Of a stretch of 64,000 bases of DNA, positions 25,999 to 35,776 are shown piece by piece. The notes below the pieces were generated by a model that searched no databases, was not told the origin of the DNA, and saw only the letters and a list, made by a program, of their open reading frames with translations. The DNA comes from Candidatus Levyibacteriota bacterium. GTDB taxonomy: Bacteria; Patescibacteriota; Microgenomatia; Levybacterales; UBA12049. The first letter of the stretch is position 1. Every line of letters begins with the position of its first letter. The position numbers and the translations under genes were made by a program. The stretch lies in assembly GCA_016214555.1 (NCBI GenBank), contig JACROF010000002.1, positions 136,125 to 200,124 of the forward strand. Reading direction: 5' to 3'.

Positions 25999-27980
25999 TT
26001 CTCTTCCTTATTGTATTGTTTGATTGAGTCACTCAAGCTAACTCCAAAATATTTTTTAAACGTCTGACTAAGTTGATCTTTTGCCTCTTTTGAAGCATTG
26101 CAATCATCATATGACAAAGCAAGTAATAGATAGTATTTTTTATCAAATTGGTAAAGGTCAATTGCCTTTCTCAAGTTAGGAATTGCGTCGATGCAATTTT
26201 TCTTATTGGTGAGGTACAAAGCCCCGATTGTTGCATAGGCTTTTGCATATTGTTGGTCTACAGCAAGCGCTTTTTTATAGTAAGTCATTGCCAGATCAAG
26301 ATTTTCGTACTCAGATAGGAAATAATTTCCAGTCACAACAAGTGCGTTTGCGTACATCTCACTAACGCTTGGCAGCTTCATAAGGGACCAAATTTTTTCT
26401 GTTCTTTCTAAAAACTCTTCAAAAGATAATGTCTTCTCATCTTTAGACCGATACTCATAATAAAGACCATATGGTACCCATTTCCCAGAAAGAGTTTTGT
26501 CGCTAAAACGAATATCTGAAAAAATCTGATGATCTTTATCCATCTTCTCAAGAAGGGGAAAAAACTCGGAGCGCTTTGTATATCCATAACTCTTCCCGTA
26601 TCTCTCAACGACTTTCTCAGGACCTAACCCATTAAATACTTCCGTATCTTTTCTAAAATTTAGCGCATAACGAATGTACCATGTGTTAAAAAGATTTGTA
26701 TCTCCTGAAAGAAAAAGGAGTGAGTTTTTGGGCAAAACAGCAAGATAATTTTTCCCAAGATCATCACCTGAGGTAAGTTGCGATAGGTTAGTCTTTGGAA
26801 AATTATATGAAAAAAGCATAATTGGTATCAAAAGAAAAATTGCTTGAAAAAGATAAAGATACTCTTTTTTGGTAAAGAAACGCAGTAATGCTTTAGTGAA
26901 CATAAGGACTCCAAAAGGGAAAAATAGAAGAAGGATAAGCGATGAGATGCTTAAGAAGCGCTCATAAATACCAAAATAAAAACTGTTACTTAGGTAAAAT
27001 CCCGCATATAAAATAAACACTGGTCCTGAGATTAGAAAGGATAAAAAAAATGATAATGCTACTACTTTTTCTTTTTTTAAAAGGGAAGCGAAACCAAGTA
27101 TACAGAAAAAAACCACAGGAATCGTCAGCTGAGTTAGGAGAGTAATAAGGTAGGTTTTAAATACGACAAGTCTTGCTTCAAGAGTTACTCCATGAAAAAG
27201 CGCCAACTGGAAAGTGCCATATTTTTTCCGAAGAAGTAAGTCCAAAAATGATTGCAGATCCGTGACGTTTCCCCAATCAACGTGTGGCCTCTTTGATGAG
27301 GCTAAAAATGGGTAAAAATAAACCGAAAATCCTACAAGTGTGCAGATAATGACATACAGTAATATTCTTTTGTGCAGCCTAAAATCTCTCCACAGCTGAG
27401 TACCTATCATCAGTAATACTCCAGGGAAAACAAATATGATTGTATGATGATTGGTAAGAGACAAGCCAGCAACAAAAGAAAGGGCGTAGAGATATACAAT
27501 TCTCCCTTTCGCGCGATAAAAATAGGAGAGGGCAAGGAGTGAAATTGCAAAAAAATTATTCAGTTCAAAAACTTCAGCGATTTCTGCATAAAACCAAAAC
27601 AAAAAACTTGTAGCCAAGGTAAGTGAGGAAATAAGAGAAATAAGTGTGCTCCTTGTCAACTTTTGAATAAGAATAAAATAGACAAAAACAGCTAAAGCTC
27701 CAGAGAGAGCAGAAACAACTCCAACCATATATGCAGGTGTCATGTGAAAAAAAGGCCCAATGTGTACCAAAAGATTTCCAAGAACGGTAAAAAGAGGGTA
27801 TCCTGGAGGGTGAGGGACTCCGAGTATTACCGCAGAGGTCACAAGATCTCCTACATCGCCACCATAAACACTTGGTGATAAATTATGAAGATAAAGAGCC
27901 AGAACACAAACAAAAAGAGCGATGGGGATCGCTCTATAGATGGGCAATATTTTCTTTAGAGTTGAGCGCAATAGTAACAA
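25995..27980 (-). CDS. DUF2723/TMEM260-like membrane glycosyltransferase (GT-C fold) with C-terminal TPR repeats
   Basis: N-terminal ~450-aa polytopic domain plus C-terminal TPR repeats (YYKKALAVDQQYAKAYATIGALY...). No ATG near the 5' end, so TTG at 27980 is assumed. Confidence 0.45.
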   Translation of the reverse strand: MLLLRSTLKKILPIYRAIPIALFVCVLALYLHNLSPSVYGGDVGDLVTSAVILGVPHPPGYPLFTVLGNLLVHIGPFFHMTPAYMVGVVSALSGALAVFVYFILIQKLTRSTLISLISSLTLATSFLFWFYAEIAEVFELNNFFAISLLALSYFYRAKGRIVYLYALSFVAGLSLTNHHTIIFVFPGVLLMIGTQLWRDFRLHKRILLYVIICTLVGFSVYFYPFLASSKRPHVDWGNVTDLQSFLDLLLRKKYGTFQLALFHGVTLEARLVVFKTYLITLLTQLTIPVVFFCILGFASLLKKEKVVALSFFLSFLISGPVFILYAGFYLSNSFYFGIYERFLSISSLILLLFFPFGVLMFTKALLRFFTKKEYLYLFQAIFLLIPIMLFSYNFPKTNLSQLTSGDDLGKNYLAVLPKNSLLFLSGDTNLFNTWYIRYALNFRKDTEVFNGLGPEKVVERYGKSYGYTKRSEFFPLLEKMDKDHQIFSDIRFSDKTLSGKWVPYGLYYEYRSKDEKTLSFEEFLERTEKIWSLMKLPSVSEMYANALVVTGNYFLSEYENLDLAMTYYKKALAVDQQYAKAYATIGALYLTNKKNCIDAIPNLRKAIDLYQFDKKYYLLLALSYDDCNASKEAKDQLSQTFKKYFGVSLSDSIKQYNKEEK

Positions 27981-28510
27981 TTTGTTGCTCCAGTAGAGCT
28001 AGTTTCAGAGATACAGCCAGCTACACTTACACCTGTTGCGTCATAATGTGTATTGATATCTCTTTGACCTGATTTTGATTGAGGTTGATAGCATGCAGTA
28101 ATAGTATTTGAATTTCCGAAAACAACGATCTCTTTAGTAATATTGGTTGCTGTAGTATAGGTTGGTTTCAATTCACCATCTGCAACAAGCGCATTAACAC
28201 AAGTAGATCCAGCACCACCTAACGTATCTGCAGATGCGCTTCCATCATTTCCACTACATCCTGCATAGCCGCCACCAGCATTTGCTGTATCAGCCCAAGG
28301 CATACCATTGTGGGTAGTGAAATAGCGAAGATTTGCATTGAGGTACTCGACCATACTATTTTTAACATTTGAATCCTGTGCTTTTTTTAGTTGCTCAAAA
28401 GGATCAATTGTTGCGATAAGTGCAGTTGCGAGGATACCTAAAATTCCGATAACAACGAGAAGTTCAATGAGTGTAAAACCTTTTTGTAATGTTTTTCGAG
28501 CAGTCGTCAT
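27956..28510 (-). CDS. type IV prepilin
   Basis: MTTARKTLQKG|FTLIELLVVIGILGILA. Confidence 0.75.
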   Translation of the reverse strand: MTTARKTLQKGFTLIELLVVIGILGILATALIATIDPFEQLKKAQDSNVKNSMVEYLNANLRYFTTHNGMPWADTANAGGGYAGCSGNDGSASADTLGGAGSTCVNALVADGELKPTYTTATNITKEIVVFGNSNTITACYQPQSKSGQRDINTHYDATGVSVAGCISETSSTGATNCYYCAQL

Positions 28511-28599
28511 ATTTGTTCTCTAAATCAATTATTGGCAGGAAAGAAAATGTTTGTCAAGTACTAAAAATAACAATTTTTGAAGCCAAAATAAAATTGCTA

Positions 28600-29802
28600 T
28601 CACTGAATTTGCGAAATTAAATTATAAATTGGCGTAATAACAGAAATTACCAAAAATCCAACGCCAAGTGCTAAAATAATCATAATAAATGGTTCAAGAG
28701 CTGTTGTTAACGCTTTGACTGTCTGCTCAACCTCTCGTTCGAAATATTCGGAAACCCTAGTGAGTGAATCATCAAGCTTACCAGTCTGTTCACCAATTTT
28801 TGTCATCTCTACAATAATAGGAGGAAAGAGCGGCTCTGCAAGCATCGCGTCTCCAATAGTTACTACTTTTTCGACTTTTTTTCCCACTTCCTTGATGGCG
28901 TTTCGATAATAAATGTTTCCTACAACATCAGCGCTCTGGTTAAGAGATTCAACTACCAACGATCCTGTACCAACCAAGAGGCCAAATGTCCTTCCAAATT
29001 CGACCATAATAGATTGTGTTGCTAACTTTCCAAAAATTGGCATCCTGAGAATAAGTGCGTCAATTATTTTCATACCACGAGGCGTTTTCTTCCACTTTCG
29101 GAAGTAATAAACAAAAAAGATGACTCCACCAAGAACAAAAGGCCAAAAATTAATTGTTGCATTTGATAATCCGATGACAATCTGCGTAGGCAAAGGGAGA
29201 GGAATATCGAGATTTTCATAGAGTACGGTTAGCTGAGGCACTACAAAAATCATCATAATAGTCATAACAGCGACCATTAAAATAATAACAATAATAGGAT
29301 ACATGAGTGCGGACTTGATCATACCTTTTAATTTTTGTTGTTTTTCCAAGTTGTCAGCAAGCCTTAGGAGAATTTTGTCCAATAACCCAGCTGACTCTGC
29401 TGCTTGGATTAAAGAAACATAAATCGGTGAAAAAACCTGAGGGTATTTCGCAATAGCAAGGGAGAAAGATTTTCCTTCCTCAATGCTGGCAATAAGACCG
29501 TTAACTACCTCAGCCATTGCAGGGTTTTGGACTTGACCTCTTAAAATTTGCAGTGCCTGCATAAGTGTCAAGCCTGAGCTGAGCATTGATGAGAGCTGCC
29601 TAGTAAAAAAAACGAGGTCAGTTGAGGCTGATTTGCGAATAAAGAGTGACTTGAGAGAACGGGAGGGATTATATTCCTTCAAGGTAATAGGGAACAAATC
29701 TTGCTTTCGCAAAAAAACAGCCGCCTCCTGTTGATCTTTTGCCTCAACAAGTCCTCTGACGGCTTTTCCTTGATCATTCACGGCTTTATAAACAATTTTC
29801 AT
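28600..29802 (-). CDS. pilC: type IV pilus platform protein PilC (GspF family)
   Basis: Two GspF repeats and three TM segments. Confidence 0.8.
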   Translation of the reverse strand: MKIVYKAVNDQGKAVRGLVEAKDQQEAAVFLRKQDLFPITLKEYNPSRSLKSLFIRKSASTDLVFFTRQLSSMLSSGLTLMQALQILRGQVQNPAMAEVVNGLIASIEEGKSFSLAIAKYPQVFSPIYVSLIQAAESAGLLDKILLRLADNLEKQQKLKGMIKSALMYPIIVIILMVAVMTIMMIFVVPQLTVLYENLDIPLPLPTQIVIGLSNATINFWPFVLGGVIFFVYYFRKWKKTPRGMKIIDALILRMPIFGKLATQSIMVEFGRTFGLLVGTGSLVVESLNQSADVVGNIYYRNAIKEVGKKVEKVVTIGDAMLAEPLFPPIIVEMTKIGEQTGKLDDSLTRVSEYFEREVEQTVKALTTALEPFIMIILALGVGFLVISVITPIYNLISQIQ

Positions 29803-29804
29803 TC

Positions 29805-30872
29805 TTATCCAACCAATCTAGCTAATTCGTCAGGATGATTGGCAAAGCCTTTTGCAACTTCAAGGCTAACTTGTCCGGAACGAACAAGAACAGTCAGTGA
29901 CTCCTCAAGAGTTACCATGCCTGCATCTTTTGAGGTTTGGATTGCTGAATCAATGAGATGAGTTTTTCCGTCTCTGATATTACTTGAGACTGCAGAACTT
30001 CCCAAAAGTATCTCAACAGCTAGCACCCTCCCTCCAGTAATGCGTGGAATAAGTCTCTGAGATATAATCCCACGAAGCGTTGCGGCCAACTGCACTCTAA
30101 TCTGAGATCTTTGATGGTCGGGAAAAGCATCGACAATTCTATCGATAGTCTGAGCTGCTGAGTTGGTATGAAGAGTGGCAAATACTAAATGACCTGTTTC
30201 GGCGATGGTAAGTGCTGCCTGCATCGTCTCAGGATCGCGCATCTCACCAACCAACACAACGTCTGGATCTTCTCGAAGAGCTGATTTAAGTGCCATTGAC
30301 CACGAATGCGTATCACTTCCCATTTCGCGCTGTGACATAATACTATTTCCTCTTGGATATATATACTCAATAGGATCTTCAATCGTTAAAATATGCGCAG
30401 ATTTAGTAAGGTTGATTTCGTTCATAATCGCCGCAAGAGTTGTTGACTTTCCATGACCAGTTGGGCCTGTGACCAGCACAAAACCCTGACGCATATTAAC
30501 GAAATCATGACAAGCTTTTGGCAATTGCAGTTGATCAATAGTCTTAATAACAGGAGGTAGATAACGAAAGGCAGCAGCCAAGTGTCCTCTCTGAAAATAT
30601 GCATTAATACGAAATCTCCCTGAGTCATTCTGAGTCGTTTCACCAAGTCCAAAAGAAAAATCGATCTCTTTATTCGCAAGTAGCAGTTCCTTCTGTTCAG
30701 GTGTCATGAGTGAGTATACGAGCTCTTCAATAATTTCTTTAGTCAAGCTTGGATAACTTGTCAAATACCTCAATGACCCATCGATTCGAAGCGCAGGAGG
30801 AGTTCCAACAAGCAAATGCAGATCAGACGCATTATTTTTAATTGTTAATGATAATAATTCTTGAATTACCAT
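29805..30872 (-). CDS. pilT: twitching motility ATPase PilT
   Basis: Walker A GPTGHGKST plus Asp and His boxes. The ATG at 30872 directly follows the pilB stop. Confidence 0.85.
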   Translation of the reverse strand: MVIQELLSLTIKNNASDLHLLVGTPPALRIDGSLRYLTSYPSLTKEIIEELVYSLMTPEQKELLLANKEIDFSFGLGETTQNDSGRFRINAYFQRGHLAAAFRYLPPVIKTIDQLQLPKACHDFVNMRQGFVLVTGPTGHGKSTTLAAIMNEINLTKSAHILTIEDPIEYIYPRGNSIMSQREMGSDTHSWSMALKSALREDPDVVLVGEMRDPETMQAALTIAETGHLVFATLHTNSAAQTIDRIVDAFPDHQRSQIRVQLAATLRGIISQRLIPRITGGRVLAVEILLGSSAVSSNIRDGKTHLIDSAIQTSKDAGMVTLEESLTVLVRSGQVSLEVAKGFANHPDELARLVG

Positions 30873-30873
30873 A

Positions 30874-32712
30874 TTATTCCTTTGCAACGCGTAGAACTTC
30901 TTCTACACTTGAGACTCCCTTGAGCACTTTGAGATAACCATCCTGCATCATAGTCGTCATGCCCTCAGCTATTGCTTCTTTTTCTATACTTGCGCTGTCG
31001 GGATGGGCTAAAATGAGCTGTCCTATTTTTTCTGTCACTGGTAGCACCTCATAAATACCAACTCTTCCTTTATATCCTGATCCGCCGCAATCATTACAAC
31101 CTTTGCCTCGATAAAATCTCACATCAGCATCGTTGTAGGTATACAACCTGCCCAAAACCTGTTTTACTGTCTGCAAAACCTGAGGAGCGGGAGCATATGA
31201 CTCTTTACACGTTGGGCAAATTTTTCTCAAAATTCTTTGACCCACAATTGCTGTAATAGTCGACGCAAGGAGAAATGACTCTGCACCAAGATCAATAAGA
31301 CGAGGAAGCGCACCTGAGGCGGTTTGTGTGTGAAGGGTTGAAAAAACCAAATGGCCAGTGAGCGCTGCCTGCAATGCAAGATCTGTTGTCTCTTTATCAC
31401 GAATTTCTCCAACTAAAATAATATTTGGGTCTTGACGAAGAAAGGCACGAAGACCCGATGCAAAGGTGAGTCCAACAGCAGGATTGATCTGAACTTGATT
31501 AACTCCTGCAATTTGATACTCGACTGGATCCTCAAGAGACATAATATTTACTTTTGGCGTGTTAAGCTTAGACAAAACAGCATAGAGGGTAGTTGTTTTT
31601 CCACTTCCGGTTGGACCTGTCACCAAAATAATACCGTGTGGCTTAAGAATTGCGTCTTCTAAATGCTTAAGGGCAAGACCTGTAAGTCCTAGCTCTGCAA
31701 GAGTAGGGATTCCTCCTGACTTTCGAAGAAGACGCATTACAATTTTTTCTCCATTTACCGTAGGGAGAATAGAGATACGAAGGTCAACCTCCTCCGTATT
31801 GACTTTAAAATTAAATCTTCCATCCTGTGGGCTTCGATGTTCGTCAATTTTAAGACCAGAAAGAATCTTAATACGTGAAACAAGTGCCTCCTGCACATTT
31901 TTTGGAAGACTCAACTTGTCATATAAAATGCCATCAATTCTGTATCTAACGCGTACACGATCTTCTTGTGGCTCAATATGAATATCAGAAGACCTACTCG
32001 TAACAGCAAATTCAAGAATTGTTGAGACTATTTTCGCAATTGGTGCCTCTTTGATAAGCTGTGCGATTTCTCGACTATCAACAGCTTTCTTTCTATCTGT
32101 GTACTCCTCACTCTCCTTGATGGCTGCGCCAACTTCTCCTACCAATTCCTGTCTATACTGCTGATCGATCGCATTCTGAACTTCGGTAGGGGAGGCAGCA
32201 AATGCCTTCACGCTAAGACCTGTTTTTTGCCTGACAAATTCTATTGCGTCCAAATTAACAGGATTTGCCATTGCGATAGAGAGCGTCTGACCTTGTTCAT
32301 CATAGAAAAAAGGGATGAGAGCAAATCTCTCAACAACTGCCCGAGGTAAAACACTGATAGCTTGAGGAGAAAATGATGTTGTTGCGAGCGAAACATAGGG
32401 AACGCCAAGTATTCGCGCCTTTGCTTCAACAATTTTTGACTCGGGTAGAATTTTTAGTTCAGAGAGAACACTTTCAACGCTTTTCCCAGAAACAGCGCTT
32501 TTCATTTTAATATCAGCTGCTTGTTCTGAACGTATAGCACCATCGACAATAAGAGCATCAAGAAGCGATAAATCCTCTTGATCCAAAAAAGTTGGTGATG
32601 AAGGAGACGGAGACGATGCTTGTTGCACGGGAGATACAGCAGGCTGGGGGACAGCAGCGACAGTCGACTGTTGCGGAGTCGACGAAACGACCGGTTGTTG
32701 TTGATCGGGCAT
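30874..32712 (-). CDS. pilB: type IV pilus assembly ATPase PilB (GspE family)
   Basis: GPTGSGKTTTLYA Walker A, a tetracysteine motif and an N-terminal Pro/Ser-rich region. ATG at 32712 chosen; the longer ORF uses TTG at 32736. Confidence 0.85.
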   Translation of the reverse strand: MPDQQQPVVSSTPQQSTVAAVPQPAVSPVQQASSPSPSSPTFLDQEDLSLLDALIVDGAIRSEQAADIKMKSAVSGKSVESVLSELKILPESKIVEAKARILGVPYVSLATTSFSPQAISVLPRAVVERFALIPFFYDEQGQTLSIAMANPVNLDAIEFVRQKTGLSVKAFAASPTEVQNAIDQQYRQELVGEVGAAIKESEEYTDRKKAVDSREIAQLIKEAPIAKIVSTILEFAVTSRSSDIHIEPQEDRVRVRYRIDGILYDKLSLPKNVQEALVSRIKILSGLKIDEHRSPQDGRFNFKVNTEEVDLRISILPTVNGEKIVMRLLRKSGGIPTLAELGLTGLALKHLEDAILKPHGIILVTGPTGSGKTTTLYAVLSKLNTPKVNIMSLEDPVEYQIAGVNQVQINPAVGLTFASGLRAFLRQDPNIILVGEIRDKETTDLALQAALTGHLVFSTLHTQTASGALPRLIDLGAESFLLASTITAIVGQRILRKICPTCKESYAPAPQVLQTVKQVLGRLYTYNDADVRFYRGKGCNDCGGSGYKGRVGIYEVLPVTEKIGQLILAHPDSASIEKEAIAEGMTTMMQDGYLKVLKGVSSVEEVLRVAKE

Positions 32713-32758
32713 TATTTTTATAGTAGTCAATAGCAATAGAGAGTGTCAAGGAAAATAA

Positions 32759-33451
32759 ATGTCGTATAATGCATCTGTGAATTCATTTATCATAACCGGC
32801 AACAATCTTTTGCTAATGGAAGAAAAAGTGCAGGAAATCTGTCAAAAATACACTATTTCATCTTTTGATATTACTGCAATTAAACCAGATGGCACGTCCC
32901 TTGGTATTGATGATGTTAAAAAGATGCAGACAAAAGCGTACCTAAAACCACTCAAAGGCGACCACAAAGCAATTGTTCTCCATAATGCGGAAAACCTCAC
33001 TATTCCAGCACAAAATGCGATGCTCAAATTACTGGAAGAGCCTCCAGCAAATACTCTTATCTTCCTTTTAACAAATAATGTCTATGACTTATTGCCAACT
33101 ATTATTTCCCGTGTACAGATACTGTCAGTTGCAGCTTCACAGCATGAAATTAGCGATGATGAAAAGAAGGAGATAATAAAAAGATTTCATACATGGCAAA
33201 TGCAAACTATTCCTGATGCGCTTAAAACAGCAGAACAAATGACCAAAGACAAAGAGAAAACCCTCAAAACGCTTGAGGATTCATTAAGGTTGGGAAGTGA
33301 AGAACTACGAAAAGAAATTCTTTCTGAAAAAGAAGGATTTTTAAGCACCATTCTTCCTTTGCTGCAAAAAACATACCTAACCTTAAAAAATACGAACGCA
33401 AACCCACGACTAACGCTTGAAGCTCTTTTTCTCCAAATAATAAACCTATAG
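32759..33451 (+). CDS. DNA polymerase III delta-prime-like protein (short; no N-terminal Walker A)
   Basis: NAMLKLLEEPP and ISRVQIL motifs (clamp-loader boxes VII and SRC-like). Confidence 0.55.
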   Translation: MSYNASVNSFIITGNNLLLMEEKVQEICQKYTISSFDITAIKPDGTSLGIDDVKKMQTKAYLKPLKGDHKAIVLHNAENLTIPAQNAMLKLLEEPPANTLIFLLTNNVYDLLPTIISRVQILSVAASQHEISDDEKKEIIKRFHTWQMQTIPDALKTAEQMTKDKEKTLKTLEDSLRLGSEELRKEILSEKEGFLSTILPLLQKTYLTLKNTNANPRLTLEALFLQIINL

Positions 33452-33551
33452 TTTGTAATTGTTTTTATTTTTTGTTATACTCTCCAAATCGTTTTCACAA
33501 CTGAGCAATCGTTTGTGGAACATTCGATCTTTAAAAGATAAGGAGAAGGCA

Positions 33552-34769
33552 ATGCTTTTAACAAAAAGAGAGCCGGATGAACCGATCATCACTGACATGG
33601 CAGACCTAGATTGGTATGCCAATACTATGAAATACGCATTTATGACACAGGAGCCCGAACTCAAGGGTACGCTTGTGCTTATCGATCGCGATAATAGAAT
33701 ATTTCCAAAGGGTTTCAACGAGAGGTTTCGCCAGCAGCTTAAATTACTGGCGGAGGCTACGCTGTCACCTGAGGCTGAAGCGCACATGCGAGCTACAGCT
33801 GACTACATGCCAGAATGGTTTTATGATTACCTTCGGCATTTCCGGATAAACCCAGACATGATCTATTCCCATCAAGATGGGGATGGCTACATGCATGTAC
33901 AAGTTCATGGCTATCTCTATGACATCGTCTCTTATGAGACGCCAATCATGGCAATTATGTCTGAGCTGGTAAACGATATTGAAGGAACCACGGTCGACCC
34001 GGACTTCGAAGAAAATGTATACCAAAAAGCTCGCAGACTTGCAGACCTCGGGGCCAAATTCGCAGAAATGGACACACGCCGACGGCCCAACAAGCAAGTC
34101 CAACGACTCTCACTCCACGCCATTAAAAATGGCTCGGGAGGATATCTCAAGGGAACAAGTAACGCAGCACTTGCTGCAGAGCTTGGAATAGCCCTTATCG
34201 GTACGATGGGACACATTTTTCCACAGGCTCATATGGTCTATGGAATACGCTCAGCCAATCGCATGGCCATGATCAACTGGGACAATGCCTTTCAAGGCAT
34301 TTTGGGCACGATGATCGTTGACACGTTCACAACCCCAAAATTTTTGGAAGACTTCACTCCTCACTTCGCGAACCTTTTTAGAGGGACCCGAGAGGACTCA
34401 GGGTCATCCCTCCAGCACATTGACTGGATGGTGAATCACTATCGCTCGATGAACATCGATCCGCTGACCAAAGAAGTCACTTTCACAAACTCGCTTAACG
34501 ATGTCAAGGTTGCCAGCATCAAGGCATATGACGTCGAAAGCAAACTGAGGGACTACTACGGCATCGGCGGTTGGTTCTCCGCAGGTCTTGGCCTTATCAA
34601 GCTCAACATTGTGATGAAGCTTTGGGACGTAACTCGTCCTCAAGAACCCAATCGCAAAATCTATGTTGTTAAGATTCCCAACGAGATTGGTAAACAATCA
34701 GGGGATCCTCGGGCAATCGAAGCTGGGCTCTATGAGCTTGGTATCGAACGCGACTCCTTGTCAATTTGA
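33552..34769 (+). CDS. pncB: nicotinate phosphoribosyltransferase
   Basis: Start at the ATG at 33552 with an AAGGAGAAGG SD. Block-wise similarity to E. coli PncB: FRINPD...ETPIMAIMSELV, EMDTRRR, GTSN...GTMGHIF, GIGG...KLNIVMKL. GC is raised. Confidence 0.8.
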   Translation: MLLTKREPDEPIITDMADLDWYANTMKYAFMTQEPELKGTLVLIDRDNRIFPKGFNERFRQQLKLLAEATLSPEAEAHMRATADYMPEWFYDYLRHFRINPDMIYSHQDGDGYMHVQVHGYLYDIVSYETPIMAIMSELVNDIEGTTVDPDFEENVYQKARRLADLGAKFAEMDTRRRPNKQVQRLSLHAIKNGSGGYLKGTSNAALAAELGIALIGTMGHIFPQAHMVYGIRSANRMAMINWDNAFQGILGTMIVDTFTTPKFLEDFTPHFANLFRGTREDSGSSLQHIDWMVNHYRSMNIDPLTKEVTFTNSLNDVKVASIKAYDVESKLRDYYGIGGWFSAGLGLIKLNIVMKLWDVTRPQEPNRKIYVVKIPNEIGKQSGDPRAIEAGLYELGIERDSLSI

Positions 34770-34777
34770 TTTTAGTC

Positions 34778-34818
34778 AGGCGGTCCGATGCTACATCGGA
34801 CCGCCTCTTCTTTTTACT
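34778..34818 (+). terminator. rho-independent terminator after pncB
   Basis: 12-bp perfect stem AGGCGGTCCGAT / ATCGGACCGCCT with loop GCTAC, followed by CTTCTTTTTACT. Confidence 0.75.
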
Positions 34819-34881
34819 CCCAACAGGCTCACGTATATTTTTACCTCTTGACATTTTTAAAAATCGGAGTATTCTTAGTGT

Positions 34882-35583
34882 ATGAATAACACTAAGTCAT
34901 TACTCCATGAAGCAATACCAAGAAATCTTGACCAGTTGGACAAACCAGCAGTTTCAGTTCAGGTGCTTATTTTTTCCATCAACAAAGGTAAGTTGGAAAT
35001 AGTCCTTATCAAACGCATGAGGGAACCTTTTAAAGATTACTTCAGTATTCCAGGGGACATCATTACTGTTGAAGAAAGCCTCAATGATGCTGCAAAAAGG
35101 ATTTTATATGAAAAAACAGGTATCAAAAATGTCTACCTTGGACAACTTGAAACATTTGGAGAAGTAAATCGTGATCCAAGGGGAAGAGTCATCGCTGTAG
35201 CGTACTATTCACTTCTTCCTCACAATAGTGTCGATCTTTCCAAAGCTCCCAATGGCCTTCATGCTTCGTGGATTCCTGTTGAAAAATTGTCAAAACTTGC
35301 TTTTGACCACGAAGAGATCATCAAAACAGCTATCAAGCGCATTAAGTCAAAACTACTTTATAGCAATATTGCAGGCACACTTTTACCCGAGTCATTTAGA
35401 CTCTCAGAACTGCAGAAAGCATATGAAATCATTCTTGAGGAAAAAATCGACAAAAGAAACTTTAGAAAAAAAATGCTCTCACTTGATGTGATCGAGTCAA
35501 CAGGCGAGATATACAAATTGGGAAATCATCGACCAGCAATGCTGTACAAGTTTAAGTCCAAAGAATTAATTCACTATGACTAA
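34882..35583 (+). CDS. nrtR: NrtR-like Nudix-related transcriptional regulator (Nudix domain plus C-terminal winged helix)
   Basis: Degenerate Nudix box GDIITVEESLNDAAKRILYEKTGI. C-terminal ~80 aa (FRLSELQKAYEIILEEKIDKRNFRKKMLSL) resemble the NrtR wHTH. Lies adjacent to pncB. Confidence 0.55.
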   Translation: MNNTKSLLHEAIPRNLDQLDKPAVSVQVLIFSINKGKLEIVLIKRMREPFKDYFSIPGDIITVEESLNDAAKRILYEKTGIKNVYLGQLETFGEVNRDPRGRVIAVAYYSLLPHNSVDLSKAPNGLHASWIPVEKLSKLAFDHEEIIKTAIKRIKSKLLYSNIAGTLLPESFRLSELQKAYEIILEEKIDKRNFRKKMLSLDVIESTGEIYKLGNHRPAMLYKFKSKELIHYD

Positions 35584-35740
35584 ATTTTTTAAGAAAAACT
35601 TAGTGTATTTTTTACACTACACAAACAACTATTTTAGATTGCTTTTGAAGCTATCTTATAGTACAATTACTTTTCTTGATTTTGTATTTTCAGGTAAAAA
35701 GATTTCAAGACTTATAAGATACTTCACGCGAAGTGAAAAG

Positions 35741-35776
35741 GCTGGAGCAGTCTCGCGGTAGCGACATTGCTCTGGC
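35741..35776. promoter_or_regulatory. 36-nt imperfect palindrome upstream of the PP2C-kinase operon (candidate operator)
   Basis: GCTGGAGCAGTCTCGC-GGTA-GCGACATTGCTCTGGC, with 12/16 arm complementarity. Sits in a 290-nt leader, about 100 nt upstream of the ATG at 35875. Confidence 0.3.
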
